Positions 51,776 through 64,000 of a stretch of DNA of 64,000 nucleotides are shown piece by piece. Position 1 is the first letter of the stretch. The number at the start of each line of letters is the position of its first letter. Under the pieces are notes generated by a model that was not told the origin of the DNA, did not search any database, and was given only the letters and a program-made list of their open reading frames with translations. The position numbers and the translations under genes are program-made. This stretch comes from Ramazzottius varieornatus (Eukaryota > Animalia > Tardigrada), in the NCBI GenBank assembly GCA_001949185.1, contig BDGG01000001.1, positions 4,267,624 through 4,331,623 of the forward strand. The letters run 5' to 3'.

Positions 51776-53631
51776 TTAGATGTCTTCCGAGTTCGTGACA
51801 CGTATTCTGGAGAAGCCAAACAAATGACGTAGATGTGACAGCCTGGATTTGGTCGGGCGGAAACTTTCACCCACCAAAAGTTTTGTTCCCGTGCTGTTGT
51901 CGACAGTCCGAAACTGCGAGCTTTTGAAGGACCCTAGTCTCGGTTTTAGCGGAAAGATGCAAGAACAAAGCTCAGCCCGGTAATCCCGATTCATCACGCA
52001 AAACACCACCTACCAAAAATTCCAAAATGAGTACACCTCAACGTATCGAATCAGTACTGTCAAAGTCCAGTTCTTCCGCGGAAGGTTATCCTGATTGTCT
52101 TTCTTCAAGAAAGACAAGTTTCCGCTTACCGGTAAAATGGCAGACTCCAGTGGGAGCAAGGTACGTGTCCAGAGGGTAACAATAGGGTAATGAATATGGA
52201 CGTCCGGGAAAACTGACCCAATAAACGCTGCAGGAACCACACAAAACGCCCCCAGGAAACTAGCGATAACAAGGGTCTTGGCAATTGTGCGACGTCGCTC
52301 GAAACACTGGTTGATAGGTGTGGTCTCATTTGTTTTTCGATAGGTTACTGTACAGAGTAGAAACAACGAGAGTACGAGGATCAGAGCCTTACTTTTCTAA
52401 CGGGAATACTTTGCTAACTCAAATGCTGCAGGCGGCGCGGCCATGTGTCTGCTTCTGCTGAGCATGTTCTACCGCCATATGGCGACCGACCAAGAGTTAG
52501 CAAAGTTTTCGCCGTTCCGATTTTCGATAGAAATGACGGCAGGTATCAGCGTGCACCTACCACACAAGCAATTTGTTTCTACTGTTGATGTCACATGCGA
52601 TGACAATATGTTTTCGCTCGAAAGTTGGTAAAGTTTTCACCGTTCTGACTTTGAATAGAAACCAGCCGTAGAGTCTTAAACACGCTGTGTAACTCCCGCG
52701 TGATTTCTGCTTGTTGCGTCATATATGTGGCTAACTGGATCAGCTGATTCTGAGCTGCATTACGCCTTCTGCAGAAAGCGTGCTCCTTAATATCGCCAGC
52801 CATCTTCAAACATTCTTGCTTCCTGAATTATATCCGCCTCGATCTGTCACCTATTTCCGGTTCAAGATACTTCAGACTGAAGCAAAGCGTTGGGACAAAT
52901 TTGCGAATTAATTTGACAACTTTTGGTTGGAAGAGTACCGAGAAAAATGTTAGTTAGACAAGTACTCGCCAGTTCGGCGAGTCAGAAAAGTTAGGCTCTG
53001 ATCCTCGTACATTCGAAGAACCAAACGGAAGATAAGTTCCGAGAGCAATATTGATAATCGTCAAGGCAGGATCGGTCATTCCCACCGCACAACGCCCACT
53101 GGGAAGCAGGCGCATTCGACCGAATGTCCCATCGAGGAACGGGATGGTGATGGAAAGACTTATGGCCCATGGAATGAGGACCATTAAGAACAGGGGAAAC
53201 TTCTTCGTCAGACATGAATAGTTGTAGGGTAGCCGTAATGCCGCCAAACGATGTAAGAACAGCACGGTTCCCGCCCAGTGGCTAGCTTGCTGGATCAAAA
53301 GGTGGACGAAGTGGACAACGGGACAGATGAGGCCCAAAGGAACTTGAAGATAAACCTTAGAGAGAACCATGTAGAGAAGAACTGGGGTGTTGATCGAGCA
53401 TATGAAAAGGTGAAAGAGGAAGTAATGCACGATCAGAATATTCGATCCTCTCCAGAAATCTTTGGCAGACACGATAATCCCGATGATGCAAGCGCATCCA
53501 ATGGCGCCTATGAGGGTAGTGAGCAAAGTGATGCAAAACCAGATCGCTACGTCACCTTTCCCCAAAGGACCTCCTGCTGAGACATTTGAGGTACTTTGAG
53601 AGTTCGAAGACAACGGAAATGATGTGTTCAT
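51776..53631 (-). CDS. orphan rhodopsin-class (class A) GPCR interrupted in TM5 by a transposon insertion
   Basis: N-glycosylation-site-rich N-terminus and seven hydrophobic helices; TM3 Cys (LICPV), LHRLAAL (DRY position), TM4 W, ECL2 Cys, TM6 FCVVP, and TM7/helix 8 ILP-VVFCVMNRDYR. It may be a pseudogene if the insertion is not spliced. Confidence 0.75.
52375..53007 (-). mobile_element. non-autonomous, internally deleted mariner-like element (633 bp) with TA target-site duplication
   Basis: 27 bp TIRs CGAGGATCAGAGCCTTACTTTTCTAAC (52375-52401) and the reverse complement of 52981-53007 match at 25/27. TA lies at 52373-74 and 53008-09. Internal AEITRELHSVFK resembles the mariner N-terminal HTH. 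Confidence 0.88.
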
Positions 53632-54133
53632 TCCACATTCGCGATTCGACTTCTGACAAAACTGGTACGAAAAAGTGCGACCGTTTTGTCTGGGTTCTCC
53701 AATTAATTTGTGCAAATAAGTTCGTCAAAAAACACGCGGGGATGCTGATGATCCTGTGGAGCAAAGGCGGCAAGTCTGCTTGAAGGGACGCCTGGCGGTG
53801 ATGCCTTCACTTCCAGCAGCCATTCGATCTTGTAATGAGCTGATGTCTGCGGCAACGCCGTCAGCGCTTCACTTCTTCCCTAAAGCCAGCAGTGACGATG
53901 GTTGATAATAACAACGTTGTCGGTGTTGACGATTGCGTAAGAGTAATTGCAGGTGTTTCGCCTGTTGAGTAAATTACTGCCCATCTGTTGTGATTAACTT
54001 TATGTCATCTTCCGCAGATCCGCTCATCTGACTAAATTTTGCACCTCAGCTTTGGATCGACCGGGTTCTTCTACTTTTCCGAGCTTCTTCAAAATAACCT
54101 CAATAACATAAAAGCTCGGCACACAAACTCGAC

Positions 54134-54207
54134 CAGATTTGTTTTTCAAGTGGCGCACTTTTCAATGTTACTCGCCGAAATCGAGCACCACGTGAAAAAA
54201 CCGACCT
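54134..54207. repeat. ~75 bp palindromic repeat copy
   Basis: CAGATTTGTTTTTCAAGTGGCGCAC, 24 nt spacer, GAGCACCACGTGAAAAAACCGACC. Confidence 0.8.
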
Positions 54208-54593
54208 TGTCGCGTTTACTTGCCCAAGTTCCATCCATGCTTACTGCAAATTCCAACTGGTTGCTTTTTATTGTCCAGACACATTCTCCTAACGAGAAAA
54301 CAGGCTTGTGGTACGCTGAATATGTACAGAAGCAAGACCACAAAAATTCAACGCAAAGGAGGCTCGTATATCCGAGCAGTGAGCAAACATCAGAGAAAGA
54401 AAACCCCTTGACGTTGTAAGCCTAGCTGGAAAACTCCCCAAGAGAGGAACAAAAATACTTGGGCACAGAGAAAAAATACAACAAAAAGCTTGATTCTTCC
54501 ACCTTCACAAAACAGAACGGACAGACAAAACACCGCTCTAAAAACCGGCGATATTCCGTAAGGCGCTTTTGTGTGCTCGAAACTGTCTGCACA

Positions 54594-57363
54594 CTATGAG
54601 TCTAGGTTGATCAAGTTCGAAGGGTTCTCCGCCTGGTTGATAGCTCCTCTGACAAACTTGATCCATTCGCGATACTCTGTCACATTGGCTGTCTTTAACT
54701 TCAGCACGGTGGCGCTGTCAGGTGCCACAAGAGTGAACTCTAGCAGCGCCGATGTGCGGCCTTTCTCTATGGCCTCGAGGGCTGTGCTGGTTATCAACTT
54801 CCACTTTGACAACGGGTGGATGCTGGAAGGCAGTGTCTGAAAGTGTTCGCGTAAGGAAGCCCGGAAGGGGTTTTTGGGTTTGAATGTGACCAGGTTCGTG
54901 CCCCACACTGCCATCCACACGCGTTTCCACCGAGGGAAGTACTGAAAGCGACCGTCACGAACCACGGACTTGCGTTCTACTGGCCCTTGCCAGGAGAAAT
55001 GGTGCTGTAAGGCGTCGATACCCAGGAAGGACGATCGACCTATAGAGGAACACTGGCTGTGACGAAGGGAGTGCTTGGTGGAGGACGGCAAGGACAGACT
55101 AGGAAGTCGCATAGGTTCCTGAAAACAGAAACCCCATTCTGTGATCAACAATTTATTTTTCATGTTTTAATGTTCTCAATCTTCCCCATTCTGGCACAAA
55201 GGCTCCGTGCGAGTCTCCACTTGTATAACGATCATTCAGGTGGTCAGCCAACGACCGGCGATGCTGTTCGCCCATTTGCATACACCCCAGCGATAATTTA
55301 ATATCCATCCTGAATGCAGGTGCGTGAAAAGCCCACTCCGGTTATCTGAGACTGTAACGCGGAGGAAATTACGGCAATTTATTACCTCAATGTGGCTATC
55401 GTCGATCAAGTTGGTGCTGTTATCGTCCAGTCCATCATCTTCGGTGGGGTCCACTTGGGAGTGGCGCTGCTTCGGAAAACTCTCGTCGTTCATCTTGGAA
55501 CCTTTGGTCGAGCCCTTCCCTTTCTCAACTGCATCAGGCTCCAGTGCTCGTGAGCGCTTGATATTTTCCTCGTCTACAAACCGCTGTAACTCGTCCAAGT
55601 AACGGAGACTTTTGAGATAGTTGTACAACTCGTTGTTGACTTCAAGGAAACCGTAATTGGATCGATTAAAGAGATCGAAAACACGCTGTTCGATAACAGC
55701 CATCCGTCTTTCTCGTTCTGCCGGGTTCAGATAGGCGTGGTAGGCGTGAATCAAGTCAGTCTTGTAGAAACCTGAAAACAACAACACACCCAGTTCATTA
55801 GCAGTCAAAAAATTGACCAGGAAGATCGATGATCTAAAAAGTACAATCAAATGGGCTTGCGTTCATCAACCTACATACTCGCGAAAACCACAATATACAT
55901 ATCTGATAGTATGAAGGTTCATGAAAGTAACCGAGGCCCCTGCGAACTGTCCCCATCACGAACCTGCACCACGTGCAAAACAGTGAACGTTACGGTTCTC
56001 TGGATGCAGGTGACCGAACAAAGCGCATTTTACGTTAGGGTTTCTGCGTTGTCGTTAAACTCAGATTCATCAATCTTCAAACTAAATTTCTATGTAACCG
56101 ACCTATATGTGGGATACGCGGGAATCCGGCACTCTCTTGATAGTCTCGAAAGGCTTGCCAGTTGTTTTCAGGATTGAAAACAGCGTCGAGTTCGTCGATG
56201 GTGGACCGATCCTTCTTGGGCAACAGCGCCATAGTGTGCGAGAGTCTGGCTAGTGGCGCACTCTTGAGAGCCGAGAAGATGGCGTAACTGGAGTGGAAGT
56301 TGTTGAGCTCGAACAGCCGCTTTGCTACTCGGACAAGATGGCTCATCAGATCCGCACGTTGTCGAGGAGTCTGCAGGACACAGAGCATAAGCATATAGAG
56401 TTACCAGCCAGTTTACACAGCGTCGCGGCAAAGACGTCTTCTCATGGACGCAAACAAGCTTTTCGAGAGCGCACTCTACAATGAAGCTCCGGAATTCATT
56501 TGGAAGTTTGATTGTGAGACAACCTAATCGATGTGATGTAGAGGAACGCACAAAACACACAAACATTCACATAGAAAACAGACGTCGGTCAAACTTGACT
56601 CATAACACAAAGCAGTCCCACTCGCCGTGGACCTACATACAAGGAACCCTAGTCCCAACGCTGGTCCACATGTATGCAGGTGTCTGACGCCTAGAAATCT
56701 TTCCAGCACAAGCCTGCATACACCGTCTACGTACTGTCGACACAGTCCTTGTGTATGCAGGTAGTCGAGTACAACAGAGCAAGATGAAGAAACAGATCTC
56801 CCCTTTGGAGTCCCAGATTTCCTTCTGACCCTAAAATGTTGAACTCAAGCAGGCGCGAGTCCGGTGGGCCTAGAAGAAACACGTACCTCGCAGTTCAGGA
56901 TTTCTTTGACGGTCCATTGTCCATCGTAGTTGAACCTCCTGGTGATTTCGTTGACCCTCACGGATTCCGGTTCGTTCTTCAGTCGAGCATTATACCATTT
57001 GAGGGACTTGAGATCGTGAGGCTGCAGCTCCTGGAAGATTTCCTGTGTGATGAGGGTGAGGTGGGCAGCCAGCTCCTCCACCTTCCATCGCAGTACAGAA
57101 GCATCCGACTTATCCACGATAGCGTCGAGTACATCAGAGCATTCCTTGGATGAACACGTATCGCTCCCGTCGGGATAAGTATCCTCGTTGTCATCGCAAT
57201 CATTATGGAATACCACCGAGTTCTTCCGTGCTAAGGAAGAAAGATGCAGCTTGCGAGGCATGGTCGAGCTGTGCGCTCCTCCACCACCCATGCATCCCAA
57301 GAAGGTTGAACTTCTCCTGGCAGCTTGCGAAGAATGTCGACGACGATTTTGCAGCGAGGCCAT
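54594..57363 (-). CDS. Ras-specific GEF RalGPS-like (CDC25 domain without REM + C-terminal PH)
   Basis: ELAAHLTLI, WTVKEILN, RLFELNNFHSSYAIFSALKSAPLARLSHT, PRIPHIG-FYKTDLIH, SRALEP; PH QGPVERKSVVRDGR...WKRVWMAVWGTNL...EWIKFV. Confidence 0.87.
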
Positions 57364-58085
57364 GGCTGGTTGTAGTGCTGACTGCTGCGTAGGCACATAC
57401 CACAAGGATCCTTTATCTAAACAGTTAAGCTGTAACCTTATCGTAACAACAACAAAACACTGCAATTGCAAACCATCAGGACCGAAGCTGGCGCAGCTGA
57501 CGAGGCGCACTATCGGCCAGGAATAAGACGCTCTCCTCACAGATCGTTCCCGACAAACACGACTTGCCAGTAGTACATGACTAATGGCTCCAATGAGCCA
57601 ACATGGACTTGTGAATGACTCTGTCTGCCTTCGAAATTGCAAGCGCCATTAACAAGCAGACTGCCATCGGAGACAGGGGCACGATTCAAGACTTGATGAA
57701 GACATGGGAGCACTTATATGACTGATATGACTCATACGAGTATCGCGCTCGACGTCGTGATGTGCATTGATTGTTTGATCTAAGAGTCAACCCTCACCCC
57801 ACAGGAAAACCTCGAACTGACCTTTATGATTAAAACGAAGACTCTGTGACATTCGTTCGACCTAATAATGGAGAATCGCAGTTTTATATCTCAAGAAATC
57901 GGCGTGAATATAAAAGAACAGGCAGGTAAAAAGTCGAAAGAAAAGCATGTACGGCGCTGCTCCGTGAATCCGCAGTGCGGGATAGGAAAAGAGAGGAAAG
58001 CACACCAAGATCGAAAGTTGTCGACGAGGACGGGTTTTCGGAAACCAGTTCAAAATCTTGTGACCTTCCCCAGGGCTCTGGCAGT

Positions 58086-59353
58086 TCAGGTCTCAGCAAC
58101 AGTGGAAAGGACAGGCCGGGCCAGAGCCAGAGATAGCCGATGAATCTGGACGCTGCTGCGTACGGCTTCATCCAGAAAGTCCTCCAGCTTCTCCTCCCTT
58201 CGTCGCCTCATGTCGGTAAAGTAAGCCATCATTTTCATCTCAAGAATGGGATCTTCAAGATGCCCGTTCACCACTATACTCCATGACGATTTGAACTCGT
58301 AGGGAATGCATTCCAGCTGTCCGCCACTTCTAAAGATCTTCCGAACACAAGCTAGCCGCGCAAAATAGCAGTACAGGCCGTAGAACCACACGACGATTCC
58401 CACCAGCATGCTGATCAGGGTCAGGCAGTACCCGGCCCACTTCAACATTGTGTCGAATTGAAACTACAACCACAATGCAAAACTGATAAATCAGAGCAGG
58501 AAAGAACGATACTGGAATCTTTTCACGTACCGAAGGCAGAAGATAAGTAGTAAAATATTCACAGTCTTCACGGAGAGTTGGAGGAACGAGGGAACTCGAG
58601 TTCATGGCGTCCGCAAACTTGTCGGCCTGCGGATCATCTTGGCAGCTAAGAACTCGGTAGACAACGGACGGGACAGGGTTTATGACTTCCGGAGCATCGA
58701 CTTCCATGATCAAACCACAAAATATAAAACCAAAAGGAATTATGGTGGTGATGATGGAGACAAACATCATTCCCATGTAAAGATTAGCTGAAGAAAAGCG
58801 CATGGTAGGCTTTGTTTTATATTCGTCCATAAGCGCAGCGCCCAAACCAGTCGAGAACGCCCAGAAAAGAACTGCCACCAAGGTGCCATGCGTCCAGTTC
58901 TGATGCACATATCCCATCATTGCTGTAAAAAATTGGTGCTTCTATAAATGTTCTACATATTTACCTCAATTTTCAAAGTCGTGATTCAGGAGGCCACTAA
59001 ACAATCTCGGGAAGATCGTTATCCCAAGTGGCGCAGCTTCCATTGTGACTGGTCGGAGACGTGCGGCACTTGAGGTAACAATCATTCCGAGACTGATGGC
59101 CAGCCTCCCATTAGCAATGTATACCTCCCAAACCAGCCACGGTGGCCACAACGTTGATAATCTCAAAGACCACGTACAAATGGTGCAGGAATCGCCCATT
59201 CTGAACGCAGTTCGGGCAAAGGTCCCGCGGGTTTGCTGAGCGTAGAAGATGAGAAACACGACGAGGGCGGGTAATACTAACTCTTGGAACTTCCGTGCCG
59301 CTTACATGCCGATTAGGTTGTTCTGTCACCGGTAAATCAGAATGTGCATGCAT
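58086..59353 (-). CDS. uncharacterised four-pass membrane protein (MS4A/CD20-like topology); approx. exons 59353-59124, 58923-58531, 58463-58086
   Basis: Three ORF fragments join via GT-AG introns into a protein with four hydrophobic helices and a two-Cys loop between TM3 and TM4. Confidence 0.6.
59012..59085. repeat. ~75 bp palindromic repeat copy (intron)
   Basis: AAGATCGTTATCCCAAGTGGCGCAG, 24 nt spacer, GTGCGGCACTTGAGGTAACAATC. Confidence 0.88.
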
Positions 59354-59637
59354 CTTCCAGGGAGCATTCTACGGCACTTTTATGCAACACCAACAAAGGG
59401 TCTGACAAGTACCAATACTGTCCAGTATCTCGACAACTAACACCGGAAGTACACTAGACAGGAATATTTAGTTATATGCAAGTCCCAACGGGCAAACCTA
59501 AAAGGTAAAATCCTTGGTAACACCGCGATGAATGGACAGCGAGAAACTGACTCCCAGCCATCTCGAAATTCCTAATACAGTTCGGGTGCGGAAATGACGT
59601 ACTGGGAACAAGTCGGGATGGAGTTCAACAGTATTTC

Positions 59638-61076
59638 TTATCGGGAAGTCGTTTCGTTCGGGTTCCGATACGGCCGAAGATGATACAGCAAGTATTCAAA
59701 GAGGTACATGTCGTCGATGTAGTGGAAGGAGATGGCAGTGTCGGAGCAGCAATCTAGCCGGTTCTTCTCTAAATTCCGCTCTTTTTCCGTGTATTTCGCG
59801 TACCGGGGGTACCACCAATCCTGAAAAGATCAAAGTACGCAAGCCGGTTACGAACCAGTCCACGAAGGAGCTCTTTATGAGGAGCGCCACGAACCTTTTC
59901 GACATGACCGAGTTCCATGTGGCTGGACACACCCATGGGGAAGAAGCGGTTGTGGCCTGTCTCGTCGCGACTATCTCCAGGTTTCACGCCCACTTGCGTC
60001 AAGCATCTCCCCATCTCAACATCTTCGCTTCCGTCGTTTGCGTTCCGGCATTTGTTAGCCCGAAGTCCATTTTCAACCAGCAGATCTACGCTTTTCCTGC
60101 TCAATACGTATCCCGCACCTGAAGACAGCCCAAAGACGATGCATGTATGGTAGACGAGCTCTACTACTGCAACCTGCAAGAGCAGAAAGGTTCGCCGTAC
60201 CTCCTGCCATATACCCATCGTCGCCATTAAGAAGTTTGTAATGAGCGCCAAAGTAGGTTGCGTTGCTCGCTGACTGACTGGAGAGAAACATCCGTAAATT
60301 CTCCATCACGACATAGGTGTCGTCGTCAGCTTTCAAGAACCAATCGAAATCGTCCCGTACTTCGTAGGCAAACCTGACAAAGCAAAAGATCACAAAAGTA
60401 CTTCAACAGTACCAAACGATATGCACACTATTAGTGATTCCTGTAGGTTCTCGGGTGAATGGGGTACCTAAATCCAAACTTTGTTTTACCCCAAAGCATA
60501 TCTCTTGTTTCCGGTACGCCGGCATCCTTCGAGAACAAATCCGAATCGTTCTTCGTGCTGATGAACAGGTATCCGTTGCACCGTCTCAACCAAGTTTCTT
60601 TAGCTGCTTTGGCTTTCTGGATGTTCCGGGGCATAGTCAAAATTAGGCACAGAATACGAGGATGCGCAGTCGCGTTGTTCAAAGTTAGCGAACCCAGTGC
60701 GTAACCGCTGGCCGTCGAAATCGTATCCGTATACACTGCCAACAGAACACAATACGAAAATCGCCTTCTTGGTTCAAACTCCAAAGACTAGTAATGCACG
60801 TCAGATCGGTACGAGTACGACAAAGGTGAGGACCCGACTTTCCCTACCGTTCTCTCCAGTTTGACTTGTGAGGAAACCCGGAAGTGGATTTCTGATAGTC
60901 TGGAGTCGGCACAGTTGCAACAGACCTCTGAAGTTGTCCCGCCACAACATTAGTCCAACAGTAAACGCCGCTAGGAACCCCAAACAGAAAGCAAATAGCA
61001 CAGGTATTCCATGTCGATAGATCACCCTTAAACGGTAAGAACGCTGATCCGTCAATGTTTTCCGGTTCTTCGCCAT
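59638..61076 (-). CDS. C1GALT1: glycoprotein-N-acetylgalactosamine 3-beta-galactosyltransferase 1 (core 1 synthase, GT31)
   Basis: Type II TM anchor; RILCLILT, ETWLRRCN, LWGKTK, DWFLKADDDTYVVMENL, YMAGGAGYVLS, EDVEMGRCL and CCSDTAISFHY. Confidence 0.9.
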
Positions 61077-61381
61077 ACGACTGCCCGTAGGAGTGAGGAC
61101 AAAATAGTACAGAGAAGGAAACAGAACCCTGAAACAGATCAGTGAATGAAATACTACAAGAGGTCAAAAGTACGACAGTTCCAGTTCCCTGCTGCCATAT
61201 TCAACAACAGTGCCAAAATGAGTATAGAGAAACTTTATTTTCTCACTGCTCACGTTGACAACAAGTCAGTACCCACAACAGAACACTTAGAATAATACAG
61301 ATACATAATACGAGTAAAATAGAATTTTCTCTGAGAAAGAGTCTGGATAACCATCATTCATGTCTGAGAAGAGCATGAGCC

Positions 61382-64000
61382 CTAGTATTTGGCCCCATCT
61401 TTTCTACCCCACGGATTTTTAGCTTCTAAGGTCTCGAGTCGAGGCTTACCAGGTAAAGTGCTAGTTGGTAAAGCCTCATCACCGGATTGTAGAATATTTG
61501 CGCTGAACTTGACATTGGCCCCGTGCGTGAAGGTTGGAAAGGGTGGACTGCGAAGTACCCAGACATTCTTATCAGCGTTCGGCACACACGTTATCACAGC
61601 GCAATAAGGAACTTTCTGTGTTATGCGGTTCATCTCCATGTGTGTTCGCGGCTCATACCCGCGTAACCGTCGTGTGCAAGTATCAAGAGAACTCGCGTGA
61701 CCAACGAGCAGAATATTTCCACCTGAATAGAATCTTGGTCAGCTGATAATCTAACAGACTCTGACAGCAACAGTATCCTATGTTCAAACTTGCCTTCGTG
61801 ACCGTATTTCTCTACCACGCGTTTCGCCACATGTCCGTTTCGTCTGTAGTAACTCTTCACATCCTCGTCGTAGTCCAGTTGATCCATGGGAAAGATCGGA
61901 ATATATTCTGGATCCACCGGTATGCCGAATGAGTGCAGCTCTGCAGGAGGAAGGAACGCCGGGTGTTCGGACCGTACCCACCCCAACCATTCGTACAGGC
62001 CGGGCTCTACGCACAGCTTCACCGGCTTCTGATCACAACAAGCTGCAACATGGCGACACCGTAAAAACTGCCCAGTGAATGCTTTCTGAATATTCTGGAG
62101 CTCACCACACAAACTCAACAAGATCGTTTGTCAAAGTGGAGCACGTATTTGGCCGATAACACTGCAAGCTTACGCCACTTGGGAAAACCACTGTATCGAG
62201 TTTGACCGTCAAGCGGCCCGAGTACCATGTATGATATCTATCAACCTTATTTTTCTTTCTATATTACTCGAACTATTCCTATTGGTGATTTTTGGGAATG
62301 TCCAGGAAACGTACCTTCAACAACGGCAGTGGCAGTCTGGATAGATCTCAATGCCGGCGATACAAAGACACGGTTGAAGCTGACACCGGCATCTTTCATC
62401 GCTTTCCCCGTTATCTGTGCTTGTAGTACGCCCACTGAAGTCAGCGGAGGATCGCTGGCATAAGCCAAAGGGCCATCCTTGCGCTTCGGCAGAGACTTGG
62501 GCATGTTCAGATCCGATCTCGTAAAGCTGCCTGCTACAATATCCCAACGTCAGAAGGCAATGGAAGTGATTTCAGAATTCAGCCCCCCCTTACTTGTTGC
62601 ATCGAAGCATGTCTTGATCCAGTCCATGCCAAAAACAAAATCCATTCTTTCGCCGTGTCTCATTACATACAGCGTGCTCGTACTGGAAGAACCGGAAGCT
62701 ATCCCATCGTATTGGAAACTATCGTGAAGAAGAGGTTGCGGCGTTCCGTTATGGAGTTCCGTGCTGCTTCGCACTGCCGGATGGACTTTCGTATGCGAAC
62801 GCCTCTCGGTCTCTACCCACCGTTTCCTCTGAGCCGCTGGACACAGTCGCTCCACTGCCTCACTGTTTACAGTTTCGTCCTTCAAGAAAGGCACTGAACG
62901 ATGGAGAATCCATAGATCGGAATCGACACATCGCGTCAGTCCATTGAGGGGAACCAGGCCAGTCTTCCCGGTTGACCAACTGGTACCTCTTACCCAAGCA
63001 GTCTAAAAAACAGAAAAGATAGAGCAGAATCCAGGCTCAGGTCAGCACTCGGAGTGGTACGAGAACGGCGCTCTGCTGGGTACATTCCGCCGTTTTACAA
63101 CGATTACGCCTGTCAAAGTGGTGCCCAGCACGGCCTTGTTGGCGTTGTTCGTAGCAAAAAGGCAGAATTAACTGGAGCGATAAAACTATACAAGATGAAA
63201 ACTATACAGATATAACTGCTCCCACCGATCCGGACTGGTTTCGATCCAGTTCATTCGGTGAGATATAGACGTAGTCGTCGGGCGTGAAAGAGAGTTCGTC
63301 CGTCCGAGCTGGCGAAGACTCCCACGGATAGTACATCCGGTACACTTCATGGCCGTTGAAGCGCGGATCTCTGGACAGAAGAAGAAAGTACCAGCCGGCG
63401 CGGTTCTTCAGAGGGATGCTCTGAGCTAATTTCATTATGGCTTGTCGTTGTTCGGGAGGAAAGCTGTGGGCCAGGGTCAGGTGGTACCTTTTGGTGGAAA
63501 GAACCACTGGCGCTTCCCTATCTGAAAACATAACCAAAATGTGGGCAGGGTGATTACGGATCGTTTGATTCGTTTTCTTCGGTAACGGGCATTTCCTCCC
63601 TACCCGCGGCAACAAATGTGACATACCTGGTGCGATGAGAGAATGCGCCTGATCGAGGAGAACACGTAGAAACTCTTTAGCTGCTTTGTCACTGTTCTCA
63701 TCGACGAACAACCCGACGAACGGTTCTCTTTCGGATCCGTGGAGATCCACCCGAACTTTCTGAGGAAGCCCGTCGCGTTCTTCCAGGGAGCGATGAGCAT
63801 GGTCCATCGCTCGAATTATGACCGGAACACTAGCAGCGTCTACCTGTCGTCGAACATAACTCTGACAGAACATCCGACCGGAAATGATGTCTAGTGAGCG
63901 AAAGTGATACCCGAAACGCAGGACAGATGGTGACATGTGGCATATGCCTAAAGGCTCCGTTCTTCCCACATAGATCTGCAGATTTGGCCCGGAAGTCCTG
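61382..64000 (-). CDS. UBASH3/Sts-like (ecdysteroid-phosphate phosphatase-type): 2H phosphoesterase, SH3, histidine phosphatase; 5' end beyond window
   Basis: 2H motifs CGKNGAFRHMPHVTI and YHLTLA; SH3 DELSFTPDDYVY...WVRGTSWSTGKTGLVP; histidine phosphatase LYVMRHGERMDFVFG, SPALRSIQTA and VEPGLYEW. Confidence 0.9.
62120..62194. repeat. ~75 bp palindromic repeat copy (UBASH3 intron)
   Basis: AAGATCGTTTGTCAAAGTGGAGCAC, 25 nt spacer, TTACGCCACTTGGGAAAACC. Confidence 0.82.

Noticed and set aside
58330-58530. Apparent frameshift between overlapping ORFs 58330-58920 and 58086-58448
   Set aside because: A ~66 nt GTACGT...TTGTAG intron explains it; no recoding is needed.
18635-64000. Cbl and its known binding partner UBASH3/Sts in the same window
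   Set aside because: They are 40 kb and many genes apart, with no evidence that the linkage is more than chance.

Overview
Compact, gene-dense eukaryotic (animal) genomic DNA with short GT-AG introns, mostly 50-300 nt. The gene content and architecture are most consistent with a tardigrade such as Ramazzottius; this is inference and is not shown by the sequence. Spliced genes recognised, in order: SETD2 (3' end outside the window), mitochondrial ATP synthase beta, FoxQ1, an MPP/p55 MAGUK, a short Cbl, RBBP5, an SDR16C-type dehydrogenase, NudC, UQCRQ, a divergent condensin II kleisin (CAP-H2), PCGF3/5, a tandem-chromodomain + SAM protein, three intact SID-1/SIDT paralogues plus a SID-1 pseudogene fragment around FBXO30/40, an orphan class-A GPCR, RalGPS, an MS4A-like four-TM protein, C1GALT1 and UBASH3/Sts (5' end outside the window). 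Mobile and repetitive DNA: a decayed ~1.25 kb mariner, a 633 bp internally deleted mariner inserted at a TA inside the GPCR's TM5, and at least 11 copies of a ~75 bp palindromic element. The most notable observations are (1) a chromo-chromo-SAM protein next to PCGF3, combining Polycomb-type and Polyhomeotic-type modules, (2) a SID-1 array whose paralogues share no intron positions with the canonical copy, (3) a mariner insertion that looks spliceable in frame (introner-like), and (4) the fixed-spacer palindrome family. Exon boundaries were read by eye and no database searches were run.
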